From an uncultured Methanosarcinaceae archaeon (lineage in GTDB: Archaea; Halobacteriota; Methanosarcinia; Methanosarcinales; Methanosarcinaceae): 64,000 nucleotides of DNA. The notes beneath the pieces are model-generated. The model searched no databases. It was given only the letters and a program-made list of their open reading frames with translations, and was not told the origin of the DNA. Made by a program: the position numbers and the translations under genes. Positions 52,667 through 63,548 of the stretch are shown piece by piece. The stretch is from contig CAWJYV010000007.1 of the NCBI GenBank assembly GCA_963847185.1, positions 288,001 to 352,000 of the forward strand. The letters are read 5' to 3'. The stretch's first letter is position 1; the number at the start of each line of letters is the position of its first letter.

Positions 52667-55600
52667 TTAATTTATTTTAATATATTCATACTTAGTTTCG
52701 GTGCTACTGCCTCCTGGATTATTTGCCGTTAAGCTTACGGTATACAGTCCAGCGTTACTGTATACGTGTGCGGGATTCTGTTCAGTTGAAGTGTTTCCAT
52801 CTCCAAAAGTCCATACCCAGGAAGTTGGCAGTCCTGCGCTGCTATCAGTAAAACTGACACTAAGTGGTGCAGATCCTGATGTTGTGTTGGCAGAAAAAGT
52901 GGCAACTGGAGCAGTTATACTGTTTGAAACAGCAATATAACTGGATTTTGTCAATGTATTATTGCCTCCAGCATTACTTGCAGTCAAACTTACGGTATAT
53001 AGCCCTGGATTATTGTATACGTGTACGGGATTCTGTTCGGTTGAAGTGTTTCCATCTCCAAAATTCCAGATCCATGAAATTGGCAATCCTGTGCTCTGAT
53101 CAGTAAAGCTGACATTGAGTGGCGCAGATCCTGAGGTCGAGGAAGAGGTAAAAGCAGCCACAAGAACGTTTGAATTATTTAATATATTTATATAGCTGGA
53201 TTTTACATCTGTGCCATTTTCATTACTTACTGTCAGGGAAACGGTGTAATTTCCTGCTGCAGAGTAAGTATGTATTGGGTTCTGCTCGGGTGAACTATTT
53301 CCATCTCCAAAGTCCCAGATCCACACGATTGCGTTTTCAGAACTGTCGTTAAATTGCACGGAAAGGGGAGCAAAACCGCTGCTGACATTGCTACTGAAGT
53401 TTGCTACAGGATGTATTGGTATTACAGCTTGGACATTTATTATACCGGTTAGTGAATCCTTGTATTTTCCATTATTTACTGTCAGGTTAACGGTATAGTT
53501 TCCTGCCGTAGGGTAGGCATGCGTTGGGTTCTGCTCGGTTGATTCAGTTCCATCTCCAAAACTCCATCTCCATCTAATTGCATTTTCCGAGTGGTCTGTA
53601 AATTTCACGGCAAAAGGAACATTCTCACTGGTGAAATCTGCTACATGGGTTACTGGCAGTGCTGAAACATTTATCGGGGCTAATTTAGAATCTGTGCCAT
53701 TTCCATTACCTACTGTCAGGGAAACAATGTAGTTTCCTGCTACGGAATAAGTATGCGTTGGGTTCTGCTTGGTCGAGTTAGTCCCGTCTCCAAAGTCCCA
53801 TCTCCATTCATTTGCGTTTTCTGACCTGTCCTTAAACTTTACTGATAGAGGAACATAACCACTAGTTACACTGGTACTAAAATTAGCTACGGGAAGTACT
53901 GGACTTTCTGACACATTTATGCTGGCTAACATAGAGTTAGTCCCATTTTCATTACTTGCTGTCAGGGAAACGGTGTAGTTTCCTGCTGTGAAATAAGTAT
54001 GTTTTGGGTTTTGCTCGGTTGAATTAACTCCATCTCCAAAATCCCAGTTCCATCCGGTTGCATTTTCCGATAGATCTGTAAATTGTACCGAAAGAGGAGC
54101 AGTACCGTTAGTCACATTGCTGGTAAAGCTAGCTACAGGATATATTTGTTCTACAGCCTGGACAATTATATTTGCAAATTTTGAACCTGCACCGTTTGCA
54201 TTTATTGCTGTTAGGTTAACGGTATAAGTCCCAGGTGTTGCATATATATGTACAGGGTTTCTATCTGGAGAGTCGATGCTTCCGTCGTCTTCAAAGTCCC
54301 AGCTTACTGCAGTTGCGTTTTCTGACCTGTCGTTAAACTGAACCGCAAGCGGAGCATTTCCACTGGTTACATTGCTGCTAAAGTTTGCTACAGGAGGATA
54401 TGCTGGTATTACAGTAAGAACAGTTATTATGCCAGTTGTCGAGTTTGAACTATTTCCATCGCTTATTGTCAGATTTACGGTGTAGTTTCCTTCTGCAAAG
54501 TAAGTATGTTTTGGGTTTTTCTTTGTTGAATTAGCTCCATCTCCAAAGTCCCATCTCCATGAAATTGGCAATCCTGTGCTCCTGTCAGTAAACACTACTT
54601 TCAATGGCGCATCTCCTGAGATGGGGGATGCGATGAAAGCAGCAACCAGTTTTGGAGAAACAGGATTTATAATTATATAGCCCGCTTTTGTCTCTGTATC
54701 TGTCCCGGCTTCATTATTTACTGTGAGCGTTACCGTATAATTTCCTGCTGCACTGTAAGTATGCATAGGATTCTGTTCTGTTGAAGATGTTCCATCTCCA
54801 AAGTCCCACTCCCATTCTGTTGCATACTTAGATAAATCAGTAAACTGCACGGCAAGGGGAACATAGCCTGTTGTGACATTGCTCCTGAAGTCTGCAACAG
54901 GAAGTACTTCTGGTTCTTTTAGAACAGTTATTGTGGCAACTCTTGAAGCTGTACCGTTTTCATTGCTTACTGTCAGGTTAGCCGTATAGTTTCCTGCTGC
55001 AGAGTAAGTATGAAGCGGGGTTTTCTCTGTTGAAGAAGCTCCGTCTCCAAAGGCCCAGTTCCATACGGTTGCGTTTTCAGATCGATCGGTAAACTGCACG
55101 GTCAGAGGGGCGTAACCAGAACTGACATCTGTACTGAAATTCGCTACCGGAAATATTGGAGCAACCTTTTCAAAGACAGTTATATTAATCGACGTGGAAT
55201 TCGTACCATTTGCATTATTGACTGTAAGATTTGCTGCGTAGACTCCTGGAACTGCATACTCATGTATCGGACTTCTATTTTCTGAATCCTTAATTCCATC
55301 TCCAAAGTCCCAGGCCCATCCTGTTGCATTTTCAGACAAATCGGTAAACTGTACCGTCAGGGGAGCATAACCTTCACTTACATTAGTAGTGAAGTTTGCT
55401 ACAGGGAATATTGGAGCAGGTTTCTCAAGAACAGTTATAATAACCAACTTAAAATTTGTACCATTTTCATTGCTTACTGTCAGGTTAGCTGTATAGGTTC
55501 CTGGAGCTGCATAATCATATCTTGGGTTTCTGTCTGTAGAGTCTATAGCTCCGTTGTCGTCAAAATCCCATTTCCACTCAGTTGCATTTTCAGATAGATC

Positions 55601-56035
55601 GGTAAATTGGACTGAAAGTGGAGCGTAACCTTCGCTTACATTAGTACTGAAGTTTGCTACAGGGAATATTAGGGCAAGTTTTTCAAGAACAGTTATTATA
55701 CCAGTTGTCGAGTTTGAACTATTTCCATCGTTTATTGTCAGATTTACGGTGTAGCTTCCTTCTACAAAGTAAGTGTGTGTTGGGTTTTGCTCTATTGAAT
55801 TAGCTCCATCTCCAAAATCCCAGATCCATCCGGTTGCATTTTCCGATAGGTCTGTAAATTGTACAGAAAGAGGAGCATTTCCACTGCTTACATTGCTACT
55901 GAAATTTGCTACAGAAGTATAAGTCTCAGCATATGCAATAGAAGCAGTCATCAATCCAAAAGAGGATAAAATCGAACAGAATAACAATACCTTAAAAACA
56001 TTGGATTTTTGAAATTTCATCTTAGAATCTTCCAT
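52667..56035 (-). CDS. Secreted surface protein made of 13 tandem PKD domains
   Basis: Signal peptide then 13 PVANF..G.APL.V.F.D.S...W.W.FGDG..ST..NP.H.Y...G.Y.V.LT units; no C-terminal TM/PGF anchor. Confidence 0.93.
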   Translation of the reverse strand: MEDSKMKFQKSNVFKVLLFCSILSSFGLMTASIAYAETYTSVANFSSNVSSGNAPLSVQFTDLSENATGWIWDFGDGANSIEQNPTHTYFVEGSYTVNLTINDGNSSNSTTGIITVLEKLALIFPVANFSTNVSEGYAPLSVQFTDLSENATEWKWDFDDNGAIDSTDRNPRYDYAAPGTYTANLTVSNENGTNFKLVIITVLEKPAPIFPVANFTTNVSEGYAPLTVQFTDLSENATGWAWDFGDGIKDSENRSPIHEYAVPGVYAANLTVNNANGTNSTSINITVFEKVAPIFPVANFSTDVSSGYAPLTVQFTDRSENATVWNWAFGDGASSTEKTPLHTYSAAGNYTANLTVSNENGTASRVATITVLKEPEVLPVADFRSNVTTGYVPLAVQFTDLSKYATEWEWDFGDGTSSTEQNPMHTYSAAGNYTVTLTVNNEAGTDTETKAGYIIINPVSPKLVAAFIASPISGDAPLKVVFTDRSTGLPISWRWDFGDGANSTKKNPKHTYFAEGNYTVNLTISDGNSSNSTTGIITVLTVIPAYPPVANFSSNVTSGNAPLAVQFNDRSENATAVSWDFEDDGSIDSPDRNPVHIYATPGTYTVNLTAINANGAGSKFANIIVQAVEQIYPVASFTSNVTNGTAPLSVQFTDLSENATGWNWDFGDGVNSTEQNPKHTYFTAGNYTVSLTASNENGTNSMLASINVSESPVLPVANFSTSVTSGYVPLSVKFKDRSENANEWRWDFGDGTNSTKQNPTHTYSVAGNYIVSLTVGNGNGTDSKLAPINVSALPVTHVADFTSENVPFAVKFTDHSENAIRWRWSFGDGTESTEQNPTHAYPTAGNYTVNLTVNNGKYKDSLTGIINVQAVIPIHPVANFSSNVSSGFAPLSVQFNDSSENAIVWIWDFGDGNSSPEQNPIHTYSAAGNYTVSLTVSNENGTDVKSSYINILNNSNVLVAAFTSSSTSGSAPLNVSFTDQSTGLPISWIWNFGDGNTSTEQNPVHVYNNPGLYTVSLTASNAGGNNTLTKSSYIAVSNSITAPVATFSANTTSGSAPLSVSFTDSSAGLPTSWVWTFGDGNTSTEQNPAHVYSNAGLYTVSLTANNPGGSSTETKYEYIKIN

Positions 56036-56996
56036 AATGTCTCAATTTTATGCTCAATTTAATGGTATTTAGGGGGCCAAAGCTTACGTTATTTACAAAA
56101 AATCTTAGGAATTAGGTATTGAAATACCCGGGATTTCTGTGAGCCTACCACTAAAAAACAGCTCATTTGAAGGGAATCTCACCAAAACTTTTTGATTTAA
56201 TTAAGCTTATTGACATATTCTTTAAAACACTGACATTATAAAAATTTTTCTAAAGAATATAGTTTATTCGAAAGTAGAATCAGAATGAAGCAATGATGTG
56301 TAAAATTATTGGGACTTTGACACGTATATAAACCGAATGATATACATTCCATACAATCTTGAAGGCAATAGCTTCCAGAATAGTAAACGACATTAACATT
56401 TTATCTAAGGTATATCGAGGAGGGGGAACATTGACTTTTGATATGAAACGTATCTATGCTCTTTGATTTTACGCTCCATTGTCTTCAAGAACCAAGAGTG
56501 TTATCAGGCCACAAATTTTTGATACTGATTAATTAAGTTATTATTACTATATATGTTAAAAAAGTACAAAATATCTCAGTGTATCCAAAATGGTTTTACA
56601 GATGGTCAAAAATAGATAAAACAATCCTTTTTAGTTTGTTTTCACTCAAACGGTTACTTATATTTCTTATTTCAGAAGAAAAACTTCAGATTGAAGTCTC
56701 TGTGGACTGAAGTAGGTGGAATTAGGATAATAGTGATTTGAGCAGCAAAAATTTGAATATAGTTATTGGATAGAAGATTGAAAATTACTTGAAGAATCAA
56801 TATCAGTGTTCCCTGGGCAATAACGTTGTCCGTCATAGATGCAATGAGAAATTTATTTGGTATTGCTATTGATGGAAAACTTCTAATACCATCGTTGTTC
56901 GCTTAGGCAACATAAACGCTGCTAGAAAGATTCAAGATCTTCTAAGCACAAAAAATAGAATTTACGCTGAAAGTGATGGGCGCCTGAAGAAGGCGC

Positions 56997-57971
56997 TTAC
57001 TTCAACATGCGGGCAGCATCTTTTGCAAAGTAAGTAATAATAATGTCTGCTCCTGCTCTTTTGATCGAGAGAAGGGACTCATACACAGCTTTCTTTTCAT
57101 CCAGCCAGCCGTTGGCTGCCGCTGCTTTAATCATGGAATACTCGCCACTCACGTTATATGCTGCTGTCGGCATTCCGAACTCTGTCTTGATTCTGTAGAC
57201 GATATCCAGGTAGCTGAGAGCGGGTTTTACCATTACAATATCCGCCCCTTCAGCTATATCCAGGGTAACTTCTCTAATAGCTTCATCCGTATTTGCAGGG
57301 TCCATCTGATAGGTGGAGCGGTCTCCGAAACAACAGCCAGAATCGGCTGCTTCCCTGAAAGGCCCGTAAAAGGATGAACTGTACTTTGCAGCATAAGACA
57401 TGATCGGAATATTATCAAAACCACTAAAGTCAAGAGCTTGCCTGATAGCTTCTATCATTCCGTCCATCATTCCGGATGGAGCTACCATGTCCGCTCCTGC
57501 TCTTGCGTGGCTGACTGCAATTTTTCCTAGAATATCAAGGGTGGGATCGTTCAGAATCTCTTTTGTTTCGAAATCAACTATTCCGCAGTGCCCGTGGCTT
57601 GTATACTCACACAGGCAGATATCCGTGATCACCAGGAGTTCGTCCCCAAGTTCAGCTTTTATCCTTCGAATGGCTTCCTGAATAACATCAATTTCCCCCC
57701 AGGAAGAACTTCCTTCTGCGTCCTTAAAAGCAGGCACTCCGAAGAGAATTACTGCAGGAATCCCGAGTTCCGCAATCTCTCTTGCTTCTTTTGCAACTTC
57801 TGAAAGAGGGAATTTATACATTCCAGGCATGGAAGAGAACTCAACAGGGAAATCAATAGTTTCATCCACAAAAATTGGTTGAACCAGGTCGTCCACAGAT
57901 AAAATAGTCTCACGCACAAGGTCCCTGATCTTTCCTTTTCTCAACCGTCTTAACCTGATATCCGGAAACAT
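56997..57971 (-). CDS. hemB: Porphobilinogen synthase
   Basis: [47 protein letters not shown]. Confidence 0.98.
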   Translation of the reverse strand: MFPDIRLRRLRKGKIRDLVRETILSVDDLVQPIFVDETIDFPVEFSSMPGMYKFPLSEVAKEAREIAELGIPAVILFGVPAFKDAEGSSSWGEIDVIQEAIRRIKAELGDELLVITDICLCEYTSHGHCGIVDFETKEILNDPTLDILGKIAVSHARAGADMVAPSGMMDGMIEAIRQALDFSGFDNIPIMSYAAKYSSSFYGPFREAADSGCCFGDRSTYQMDPANTDEAIREVTLDIAEGADIVMVKPALSYLDIVYRIKTEFGMPTAAYNVSGEYSMIKAAAANGWLDEKKAVYESLLSIKRAGADIIITYFAKDAARMLK

Positions 57972-58000
57972 TTGATCACTCCTTAAACCAAAAATTACTC

Positions 58001-59323
58001 TTATGAATTTCCTTTTTCCAGAACCCGATTCATCTCATTTTCACAACCGGGTTTCATTTTTTCAAGCCTTATCTTCTCTTTTTCGAGGCAGAAAACTCTT
58101 GAAACTATATCAAGGAACTCTTCATTTCCAAGTTCTGCAGCCTGGCGGAGGATTTTGGTAGGCTCGGCCAGGATCTTATTAACAATAGAATGAGTAAGAT
58201 CGTCAAGAACTTCGGTTTCAATTTCCCCTATGGTATGATAGGCACTGAGTCTGTTGACTGCCTTTTCCCTTTCCCTTATCCGGACGTCATACACCTGCCG
58301 ATACAGATCTGCAATAAGACGGTCGGCTTTATGGCGTTTGTACTGAAGGTTTAAAAGCCTGATCTCTTCCTGAATTATAGCTTCGGCTTTTTTAGCTTCT
58401 TCCTTTCTCATTTTAAGAGTTCTTTCGCTGATAACTCTGAGATTATCAATATTGCAAAGCTCGACATTCTCCAGTTCAGCAGTCGATTCTTCAATATCCC
58501 TGGGGTTTGCGATATCTATCAGGAGGAGTTTACGGTTTTTATTTCTGACTTCCAGGGCATTTTCAATCATTTCCCTGGTAAGGATGTAGTGGGGAGCTCC
58601 TGTCCCACTAATTACGACATCAGCATCCTTAAGATGAGTCTGAATGTCATCAAGTCTGACTGCATGCCCTCCTAATTCGTAGGCAATTTCTTCAGCCTTC
58701 TTATAAGTACGGTTAGCAATATATATTGCTTCGATATCCTTTTCAGCCAGGGCTTTTGCAACAAGAACACCGATCTCTCCTGCTCCTATCACCAGTACGG
58801 ATTTTCCTGTGAGTCCTTCCAGGATATCCTCTGCCAGATCCACGGCCGCAGAACCTATGGAAACCGAACCCTTATTGATTTTTGTTTCATTGCGGATTCT
58901 CTTTCCTACCTGAATTGCTTTATCAAAGGCAGTATCCAGAATTTTCCCGGTTGTTCCCTTTTTCTTGCAATAAGCGTAGAGCTCCTTTATCTGCCCCAGG
59001 ATCTGGTCTTCTCCTACGATCATGGATTCAAGCCCGCCAGAAAGCCTGAGCAGGTGTTCAAGGGATTCGTCATGCCCGTAGAAATCGATAATGTGGGTGG
59101 AAGCTCCCATTTCCTTTGCAAAAGAGAAAAGTATACTGCTGCTCTTGGGGGAAACAACGTAGATTTCAACACGGTTGCAGGTTTTTAATACAACACATTC
59201 GTAAATATACTCATGACTACACAGGTTATGGAGCAGTCCGTCCAGATCTCCGTGCCAGGCGGACTCCATTTCCTCAATCTTTGCTTTTTTATGGGATATG
59301 ACCATACTTGAGATTTCTGTCAC
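58001..59323 (-). CDS. hemA: Glutamyl-tRNA reductase
   Basis: [41 protein letters not shown]. Confidence 0.98.
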   Translation of the reverse strand: MTEISSMVISHKKAKIEEMESAWHGDLDGLLHNLCSHEYIYECVVLKTCNRVEIYVVSPKSSSILFSFAKEMGASTHIIDFYGHDESLEHLLRLSGGLESMIVGEDQILGQIKELYAYCKKKGTTGKILDTAFDKAIQVGKRIRNETKINKGSVSIGSAAVDLAEDILEGLTGKSVLVIGAGEIGVLVAKALAEKDIEAIYIANRTYKKAEEIAYELGGHAVRLDDIQTHLKDADVVISGTGAPHYILTREMIENALEVRNKNRKLLLIDIANPRDIEESTAELENVELCNIDNLRVISERTLKMRKEEAKKAEAIIQEEIRLLNLQYKRHKADRLIADLYRQVYDVRIREREKAVNRLSAYHTIGEIETEVLDDLTHSIVNKILAEPTKILRQAAELGNEEFLDIVSRVFCLEKEKIRLEKMKPGCENEMNRVLEKGNS

Positions 59324-59454
59324 AGAGAGCCTCCGGATAGAATGAATAAGGGGAATAGAATAATAATATAAGGAGCTGTAAATTAAACTTTGTCCAGAAT
59401 TCTTAACCTTTTTTCATTAAAGGGTTTCCATGTATAGTAAGTCTTAATTCACAG

Positions 59455-59580
59455 AACAATTTTATTTGCAGAATGACTTTAACTAAAGACTATTTTATTC
59501 GCAAAATGACTTTAATTAAAGATATTTATTTGCAGAATAATTCCAGTTAAAGATTATTTTTATTTGCAGAATAAAACAAT
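59455..59580. repeat. ~32-bp degenerate tandem repeat x4 between sirC and hemA
   Basis: tttatt(t/c)gca(g/a)aat(g/a)a..ttaaaga at 59461, 59494, 59525 and 59559. Confidence 0.8.
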
Positions 59581-59626
59581 TTGTAGAGTATTTTCTCTCT
59601 TTGAAATCCCTCTAGTTTCTTCAAGC

Positions 59627-60298
59627 TTATCGGGAATTTTCAAGAGAATTCGAGATTATATCGTATGCTATTTCTGCTGCTTTTTCATAAGACTCGGAAA
59701 ACCCATTCCAGACAGTTTCGCTTTCCAGGACTTCCCAGAGGATTTCCTTTCTTTTCCTTTGCTCAGCAACATTTTGTTTGAGGTAGGTCCTGAGTTCATC
59801 CTGAAGCCGGATCATGTCCGAATATGCAGGAGTTATCAAACCTTCTATCTGCTTGCGGGTATATTTTGAAACTGCAGGGCTATGTCCGAAAGTGGAAATC
59901 CCTATTACCAGGTCTCCTCTTTTGATGACTGAAGGGACTACAACACTACCTAAAGCATCGACCTGATTAATCAAAATATCGCTTTCCTGTGCAATAGTAG
60001 TGATCTTCTGGTTAAGCTCGAAACTGCTGGTTGCAGGTATAACTATGAAGGCCCCTGAAATGATTTCCCTTAACTTGAAATCCGTAGCTACAGAAAGATC
60101 AAGCCTTATAAGCCGAATCTGTCCTGAGGCTTCGAGTTCCTGAAGCCGTGGGGAAAACTCAAGGCTGACAACAAGGGTGTCTGCGCAGCTACAGAAGAGT
60201 TCCGCCTTGCGTTCCCCGACAGAGCCGCCCCCAAAGATAACTACCTTCCTGCCTGACAGGTCAAGCATAAGGGGAAGAAAATTATTTGTTTCAGCCAT
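59627..60298 (-). CDS. sirC: Precorrin-2 dehydrogenase (SirC/CysG N-terminal-like)
   Basis: LPLMLDLSGRKVVIFGGGSVGERK, NQVD, ISTFGHSP; position in the ahb/hem cluster. Confidence 0.88.
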   Translation of the reverse strand: MAETNNFLPLMLDLSGRKVVIFGGGSVGERKAELFCSCADTLVVSLEFSPRLQELEASGQIRLIRLDLSVATDFKLREIISGAFIVIPATSSFELNQKITTIAQESDILINQVDALGSVVVPSVIKRGDLVIGISTFGHSPAVSKYTRKQIEGLITPAYSDMIRLQDELRTYLKQNVAEQRKRKEILWEVLESETVWNGFSESYEKAAEIAYDIISNSLENSR

Positions 60299-60373
60299 AA
60301 TCAGGAGCCTCATAATTGAAATGTTTGAATACGTCTCTTTTTGCTTCTTTTTGTCTCTTCTCAGGACCAGGCT

Positions 60374-60841
60374 TCATAGTCTGACGCCGGTTTTCTTGAA
60401 TTCCCGCTCACTGAAGAAGAGAGTATAATCTTTAATTCCCGTAGCTTCTGAAATCCTGCAAGCCACCTTCTCGCAGTCTTCAGGAGTATAAGAATGAACC
60501 ATGGTGAATAGATTATATGGCCAGTCCGGATATCGAGGGCGTTCATAGCAGTGAGTTACTTCGGGAAATTCGGCCATTGTCGCTCCTACCTTTTCTATCC
60601 TCTCATCTGGAACATTCCAGACACACATAGCATTGGCTGTGATTCCTATTGCTCGATGTCCTATTGAAGCCGCAAAGCGTCGGATTTTCCCGGTTTTCTG
60701 AAGGTTTTTGAGCCTGTCAACAACTTCCTGCTCACTTATTCCGAGTTCAGCAGCAAAACTCCTGAAAGGAGAGTGGGTTAGTGGAATCCCGTCCTGAACA
60801 AGTTTGAGCAGTTCTACGTCTGTTTCATCCATTTTTTTCAC
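60374..60841 (-). CDS. ahbB: Siroheme decarboxylase beta subunit
   Basis: AsnC-like [37 protein letters not shown]. Confidence 0.9.
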   Translation of the reverse strand: MKKMDETDVELLKLVQDGIPLTHSPFRSFAAELGISEQEVVDRLKNLQKTGKIRRFAASIGHRAIGITANAMCVWNVPDERIEKVGATMAEFPEVTHCYERPRYPDWPYNLFTMVHSYTPEDCEKVACRISEATGIKDYTLFFSEREFKKTGVRL

Positions 60842-61395
60842 CTGATGTCGAACTTCACATTTATTTTGAAGAGACGCTTTGTAGGGAGATTCAAAAGCTG
60901 ACAGCCGGTTTTTTCCCGAATTTCGGAAATGATATCTTCAAGCCTGTCTTTATCCGGAGCAGAGAGCGTAAACCAGACATTATATTTTGCAGCACTCCGC
61001 AGGTAATTATGAGAAACTTCGGAGTACTCATTAATGAAGTTTGCAACTTCTTCTATCCTCTCATCTGGAACCTTCACGGCAACCAGAGTACCTACTCCAC
61101 CCATATTTTTTGTGCTGAGAATGGGTCCTATTCGCCTTACTGCCCCTTTCCTATTGAGCTCACGTAGTCTCTCAAGAAGCTCGATTTCGGAAAGGCTGAG
61201 TATTTTTCCTAACTCTTCAAATGGCTCAACTTCTAAAGGAACTTCCTGCTGGATCAGGTTCAAAATCTTCTTATCGATCTCATCGAGTTCGGGTTCAGGA
61301 ATTTCTCCTTCATAAGGCTCCATCTCAGAGGTGAAATCGGTCTCCTCTTGCTGGAGCCGATTGTTGTAATTTTCAAGTTCAATCATCCTGATCAC
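60838..61395 (-). CDS. ahbA: Siroheme decarboxylase alpha subunit
   Basis: AsnC-like HTH, VRRIGP, VSHNYLR..YNVWFT. Confidence 0.9.
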   Translation of the reverse strand: MIRMIELENYNNRLQQEETDFTSEMEPYEGEIPEPELDEIDKKILNLIQQEVPLEVEPFEELGKILSLSEIELLERLRELNRKGAVRRIGPILSTKNMGGVGTLVAVKVPDERIEEVANFINEYSEVSHNYLRSAAKYNVWFTLSAPDKDRLEDIISEIREKTGCQLLNLPTKRLFKINVKFDIR

Positions 61396-61398
61396 TAT

Positions 61399-62448
61399 TC
61401 ACTTTTTTCCGGGCCTGTAGATACAGTAAGGCTCTTCTTCAAGATAATCGCCTGTTGCAGCATAAGCTCTTGCTCTGCAACCTGCACAGACCTTTTTATA
61501 TTCGCAGATTCCGCATTTACCCTTAAGTTCTTCCGGATTCCTTAGTTTTCTGAAGACTTCGGAGTTTTCCCATACCTCTCTAAAGGGCTGTTTTCTTATA
61601 TTGCCAGCAAGTACAGGCAGGTAGCCGCAGGGGTAGACCTCACCTACGCTGGAAACAAAACAGAAACCTGTTCCTCCAAGGCAGCCTTTTGTCATAGCTT
61701 CGTAGCCATGAGTTTTCACGGAGATTTCGATGCCCTCTTTTTTTGCCCGCTGGCGCATAATTCTGAAATAATGGGGCGCACAGGTTGCTTTCAACTGGAT
61801 TTTTGATTCTTTCTGCATATCATAGAACCAGTGAAGAATGCGTTCGTAATCTGCAGGAGTCACTTCATCGGATTCTTCTCCCCTGCCTGTCGGAACAAGG
61901 AAAAATACATGATATGCAGCTGCTCCAAGCTCTTTTGCAAGCTCAAAAGTCTTTGGAATTTCTTCAAGGTTGCGCTTTGAGATCGTTGTGTTGATCTGAA
62001 ACGGAAAACCTGCTTTTCTCAGGACCTCAATTCCTGAAAGTGTCCTTTCAAAAGCTCCTGGCATTCCCCTGAACTCATCATGAGTTTTCGCAGTCGCTCC
62101 GTCGAGGCTTATACTGAGCCTCTGAACTCCAGCATCTCTCAATTTCTGCACCAACTCAGGCGTGAGAAGGGTACCGTTTGTTGCGAGTACAACACGAAGC
62201 CCGGTATCAGTGCCGTAACGGGCAATTTCCAGAACGTCCGGTCTGGTGAGAGGTTCTCCTCCGCTCAGGATGAGGATGGGCTTTCCAAGTTCTGCAACCT
62301 CGTCAATGAAATGTTTAGCTTCGCCAGTGGTAAGCTCCCCTGCTGGAACTGAAGAGGTGGAAGCTCCTCTGCAGTGTACGCAGTTCAGATTGCATCCTGC
62401 AGTCAGTTCCCATGCAATAAGCCTTGGTGCGTTTGTCATGACAATCAT
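61399..62448 (-). CDS. ahbD: Radical SAM/SPASM heme b synthase (Fe-coproporphyrin III decarboxylase)
   Basis: WELTAGCNLNCVHCRG, TCAPHYFR, GCLGG..PCGY, GKCGICEY..CAGCRARA; directly upstream of ahbA/ahbB. Confidence 0.85.
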   Translation of the reverse strand: MIVMTNAPRLIAWELTAGCNLNCVHCRGASTSSVPAGELTTGEAKHFIDEVAELGKPILILSGGEPLTRPDVLEIARYGTDTGLRVVLATNGTLLTPELVQKLRDAGVQRLSISLDGATAKTHDEFRGMPGAFERTLSGIEVLRKAGFPFQINTTISKRNLEEIPKTFELAKELGAAAYHVFFLVPTGRGEESDEVTPADYERILHWFYDMQKESKIQLKATCAPHYFRIMRQRAKKEGIEISVKTHGYEAMTKGCLGGTGFCFVSSVGEVYPCGYLPVLAGNIRKQPFREVWENSEVFRKLRNPEELKGKCGICEYKKVCAGCRARAYAATGDYLEEEPYCIYRPGKK

Positions 62449-62720
62449 AAATTAATGTTATACTGATGCTGTCAAAGTTTAATGAGATTTACAAATTAAC
62501 AATGTTTGGAAAGTCGGACTTCTTCTCTGGATATTGAGTAAGGGTTGAAGTCAACTTTACTGAAAGTTAGCTTAATTGAAACTTGAGAGGTCATATTAAT
62601 AAAGTAATATTAATATTCTGTCATTTAAAACGAAATATTGTAAAAGAGTGCAGGAAGTAAGTCTTCATCCTGTTGGAAAATTGAAGACTTTACTATCAAG
62701 GATGATCCATTAGAGATTAG

Positions 62721-62889
62721 AGCTCTTCGCTGTTTTGTATGGGTTGAAAATAATTGCTTAGTTGAAAAATGACTACTTCAAATGGATAAACAATGATCCT
62801 GAATCTAGTTTTTCCAAATAAATTGTTTTCAAACATTACCCATATTTGGGAAGCAATTATAAATTACCCACTCGAAATAGCGAAGAGCC
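62721..62889. mobile_element. MITE-like element C (~169 bp), different TIR family
   Basis: Left gctcttcgctgttttgtatgggt vs right acccactcgaaatagcgaagagc: ~19/23 complementary; no clear target duplication. Confidence 0.55.
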
Positions 62890-63093
62890 ATAATTAATTT
62901 ATCTGAGTCCAGAGAACCAATTTTGAGTTTTGGGATCAGCTCTATCAAAGAGTGAAGCGTAAAAAAATTCTTAGATCTGCGAAATAATTTAAGGATACAA
63001 CATTGATCAAACCTGAAAAACTAGCACAATTTCCTTGTTTGGAAAAAAAAGATATATTCTTGTGCTTACGATTTTCAGTAATTCCCTCATTAT

Positions 63094-63300
63094 CTATAGT
63101 TTTTCTGCCACGTTAAAAGTAATTCTAAATTCTGTTCCCAGCGTTCTCATAATCTCGATTTCTCCATCCAGATGGCCAACAAGGGCGCTTACTAACTGCA
63201 ATCCAGGTGACTCAAGACTTTCCAGCTCTATGTCCTCAGGAATTCCTTTTCCATTATCTGAAATTATCAGGCTGAAAAGGGATTTATTTGTTTCTGTTTT
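63094..63300 (-). pseudogene. C-terminal remnant of a sensor histidine kinase (HATPase_c)
   Basis: FSLIISDNGKGIPEDI..ESPGLQLVSALVGHLDGEIEI....GTEFRITF (G1/G2 boxes); the N-terminal part of the ORF is unrelated, with no H or N box. Confidence 0.8.
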
Positions 63301-63548
63301 TTTCAATCGACGAATGGGAAAACTGTAATCTGGTGGCTCACTATCCACGCAAATTAATAATACTAACAGGGAAAATTCAAAATGAACTCCAGAAAAGATA
63401 AGGTCCCGCACAGAAAATACGAACAGGAAATTCTTCGAATTATAGGCACAAAAATATGAAAGTACTTGAAAGACTTTCATGCCAAAGTAATAAGAATCTT
63501 GTGAAGTTATTTACTTTTATCGTGCCTTTAGTGATCGAACTGTGGTTT

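Noticed and set aside
59455-59580. CRISPR-like periodicity (also considered at 43555-43965 and 3374-3475)
   Set aside because: Units are contiguous degenerate tandem copies with no unique spacers, and no cas genes are present
63301-63480. N-terminal half of the 128-aa ORF as part of a real kinase
   Set aside because: Lacks H-box/N-box and reads as translated intergenic DNA; only the C-terminal stump is homologous
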